A stretch of DNA of 63,395 nt, filler included, from Reticulomyxa filosa (taxonomy: Eukaryota > Protista > Foraminifera): NCBI GenBank assembly GCA_000512085.1. It is 23 parts of 23 records of this genome, joined end to end, with 100 filler letters (N's around TTAATTAATTAA, not from the genome) between each part and the next. Parts side by side here need not be neighbours in the genome. Positions count along the whole stretch, not along the records: positions 61,060 to 63,395 come from ASPP01022335.1; 22 more parts are not named here. One strand, 5' to 3'. Position 1 is the first letter of the stretch. Each line of letters starts with the position of its first letter. The position numbers were made by a program, and so were the translations under genes. The notes beneath the pieces were generated by a model that had not been told where the DNA came from, did no database searches, and saw nothing but the letters and a program-made list of their open reading frames with translations. This document shows positions 60,960-63,395 of the stretch, piece after piece.

Positions 60960-63395
60960 NNNNNNNNNNNNNNNNNNNNNNNNNNNNNNNNNNNNNNNNN
61001 NNNTTAATTAATTAANNNNNNNNNNNNNNNNNNNNNNNNNNNNNNNNNNNNNNNNNNNNAAAATGACCCACAATAGTAAATCTTCGTGAATATTCCTTTG
61101 TCATTTTTATACACAAAATAGTTTCTTTGAATATCGATAGAATGACTGATTATTTTGATCTTCTTGTCATTTCCTTTCTTTGTTTTCATATGTCATCAAA
61201 TAAAAAAGGTTAAAAGTTCCTTTTTGAAAACTGTCATCAATTTTTTGATAAATTGTGAATTTTATGTATTGACTGTTTGTCACGCCTTAAATGCAAAAAC
61301 ATGATTCCGATTTAGCATATGAAACGCAAAAAAAATTTGCATGATTGATATTTTCACTTTATTCAACTTCTTTGGTTCAATAACAGATTAAAAACGACAA
61401 TGTGATTGAAACGATTTTTTAACAATTATCAATATGATTGGTGTATCGAAGCATTTTTGGATTACTTGTGAATAGCGCAGTCCATATTTTTTTGTTATCA
61501 AACTTCGCTGGATCTCTTCAATCAAAACTGTTAGATATTTTTCGGTCTTACATTAGATGAATGTTTGCCTCAAATTCTTTTTATTTTTCTTCATTAACGA
61601 ATTCATTTCAACAAAAGAAACAAGTTGCACTACACAAGAGAGTTGAGTAAGAAAGAAACAGAACCATTGGATTACGTTAATTATGTAATATTTAATGCTT
61701 ACGTTTAAAGTAATCAAAAAACTTAAACACGTTACTTCCTTTAGTGTATCAATTTTAATCAAAAAATGTTTCGACACATCAATTATATCCATCACAATAA
61801 ACAGTCATCATATTAAATTTCACACAATTATTTTCTAAAAAAGTAAATAATGACCCACAACCTTAAATATTGATAAATATAAAAATTATTCATTTTGTTA
61901 ATTGCACATTGTAAGAGGTGCAAATATAACTATACTGTACTTTGCAATGTGATTCCCTCAATTTTAAAAGTAGAAAGCGTGTGCGTGGATGTTGACCATC
62001 TTTCACGTCTGGTATGAACGCGAATGTATAGTTAACATAAAGGAGAATCAGATTGCAAAACAACATATTGATATGGCAAATTGCAAGCGCATTTCTCACA
62101 AAAATTTTATTCCAAAAGCATTAAAATAGTAATGCATTATTTTGAATGATGAACAACTTATATGTAAACAACAAGCGAACAACGTCAGCGGGAAGAATTT
62201 TGTTTGTCAGTCGAAGCCAATTTCGACTTACAAGTTCCATCAATTCATAGGGGGATAATACAATTTATCGTTTCTTTGACTTGTTCTTCAATAAACAAAA
62301 AAAAAATGTTAAATTAAAGATCCGTTGTCTAAGGCTCTAGTCTCCCAACAAAAGAATTTAAATAGTAAATAAAAAATTAAAATGAAGATTGAATTCAACT
62401 CAACATCAAACAAATGAATTATTGTTGTATTTTTTTTGTTTTTTTCTTCAATAGTTCACATAAGTTTGTTCAAGATATTTTGAAAATAATTAACGAATGC
62501 AGAAGTTAGTCATTACAAAAAAATTCCAAAGTGACGATTGTGATAATAAAAACAAACAAAAAGCGCTCACAAACTACACTTGCATAACCTCAAGTTATAA
62601 AAAGTTCTAAGTGATCCCTTTTTTTTGTTTGTTTGCTTCTTGCTTGCTTTACAGTTTGTTTTGAAACTAAATTGCTGCTTCATTAATATTCTCTCGCAAA
62701 ACAACTGTCCTTCATTATTTTCTTTGAAAAAAAGAAAAGTTACTGACTGCCTGCTTGTTCCTTCGGGTTTGTGTGGTAATTAGCAAAAATATTGTGAGAC
62801 TAAAGTCAAATTCTTCAGTCAAAAAAGCAATAAAATAATAAATAATAATAATAGCGTATATATTGTTATTTTGCGTTTTCATCTCCGAGGAAAAATATAA
62901 ATTATAATTCGTGTTGTTTGCCTGGAGGTTATAGATAATGCTTGCTTGGTCAGGAGTAAAAGCTAGCAAAATAGCATATCGTTGCTGCAAACAGTATTGC
63001 CAAGTCGGAGTTTGTAATTGTATAGTCACGTATTGTAATTTTCCAAGATGTTATCAAATGCACAATATCCGACAAAAACAGTAATTATCTGGTTGTGCAA
63101 ATTGCATACGGAAAATTTGGAAATATTTGATGACGTTTGTGGCGGCTTTCTTCGACAACAAGTAGTTGATTGTTCGGACATTGTTCTGAAGCTATTTTTA
63201 TATTTGTATTTTATCATATAGTTCTCATACTGTATGAATGTCTTTTTAAAAAACAGTTAATTTGCAAATAACTCGAATAGTTTCGGCCACCCATTGCAAA
63301 GTCCAACTTAAATGTAATTGTGCTAAATGTCTTTGCATTCAGAATATTGAACGTTTGTTTGCGTGTCTGACCTTTTGCACAAAAAAAAAAAAAAA

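Noticed and set aside
2584-61059. Recurring TTAATTAATTAA flanked by Ns as a biological repeat, CRISPR array or telomere-like signal
   Set aside because: Fixed 100-nt length, all-frame stops and N padding identify it as a synthetic contig joiner.
1-63395. Operon-like or gene-cluster interpretation across the window
   Set aside because: The contigs are concatenated, so only neighbours within one contig are physically linked.
61060-63395. ORFs of 60-104 aa in the last contig
   Set aside because: AT-rich, compositionally biased and motif-free; treated as intergenic or decayed sequence.

Overview
This window is not one locus. It is 23 short, AT-rich eukaryotic contigs joined by 22 artificial 100-nt spacers (N44-TTAATTAATTAA-N44), so adjacency across a spacer means nothing. 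Gene content (short GT-AG introns full of homopolymers and microsatellites, expanded WD40, Kelch-like and TPR families, many pseudogenes) suggests a rhizarian protist, most likely the foraminiferan Reticulomyxa filosa; this is inferred, not checked. Recognisable housekeeping genes: FNTA, a CDCA7-type zf-4CXXC protein, long-form DPH6, Rab7-like GTPase, AP-1 mu, a TFIIIC subunit 1-like protein, an S10 carboxypeptidase, an F-box protein and a divergent VDAC. Mobile DNA: a decayed LINE with RNase H, four Tc1/mariner-type termini at contig ends and a ~100-bp fold-back. The two most striking items are lineage-expanded modular families. (1) An intact PUB-(PH-like)-ADP-ribosyltransferase-(CUE/UBA-like) gene whose toxin-type R-S-E triad reads C-S-E, with a pseudogene paralog that keeps the same Cys. 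(2) A PB1-like + caspase-fold (apparently inactive) + unnamed domain + TPR gene, with a paralog keeping only the p10-like half. No rRNA, tRNA or CRISPR array was recognised. All domain calls come from reading motifs by eye; no database search was run.
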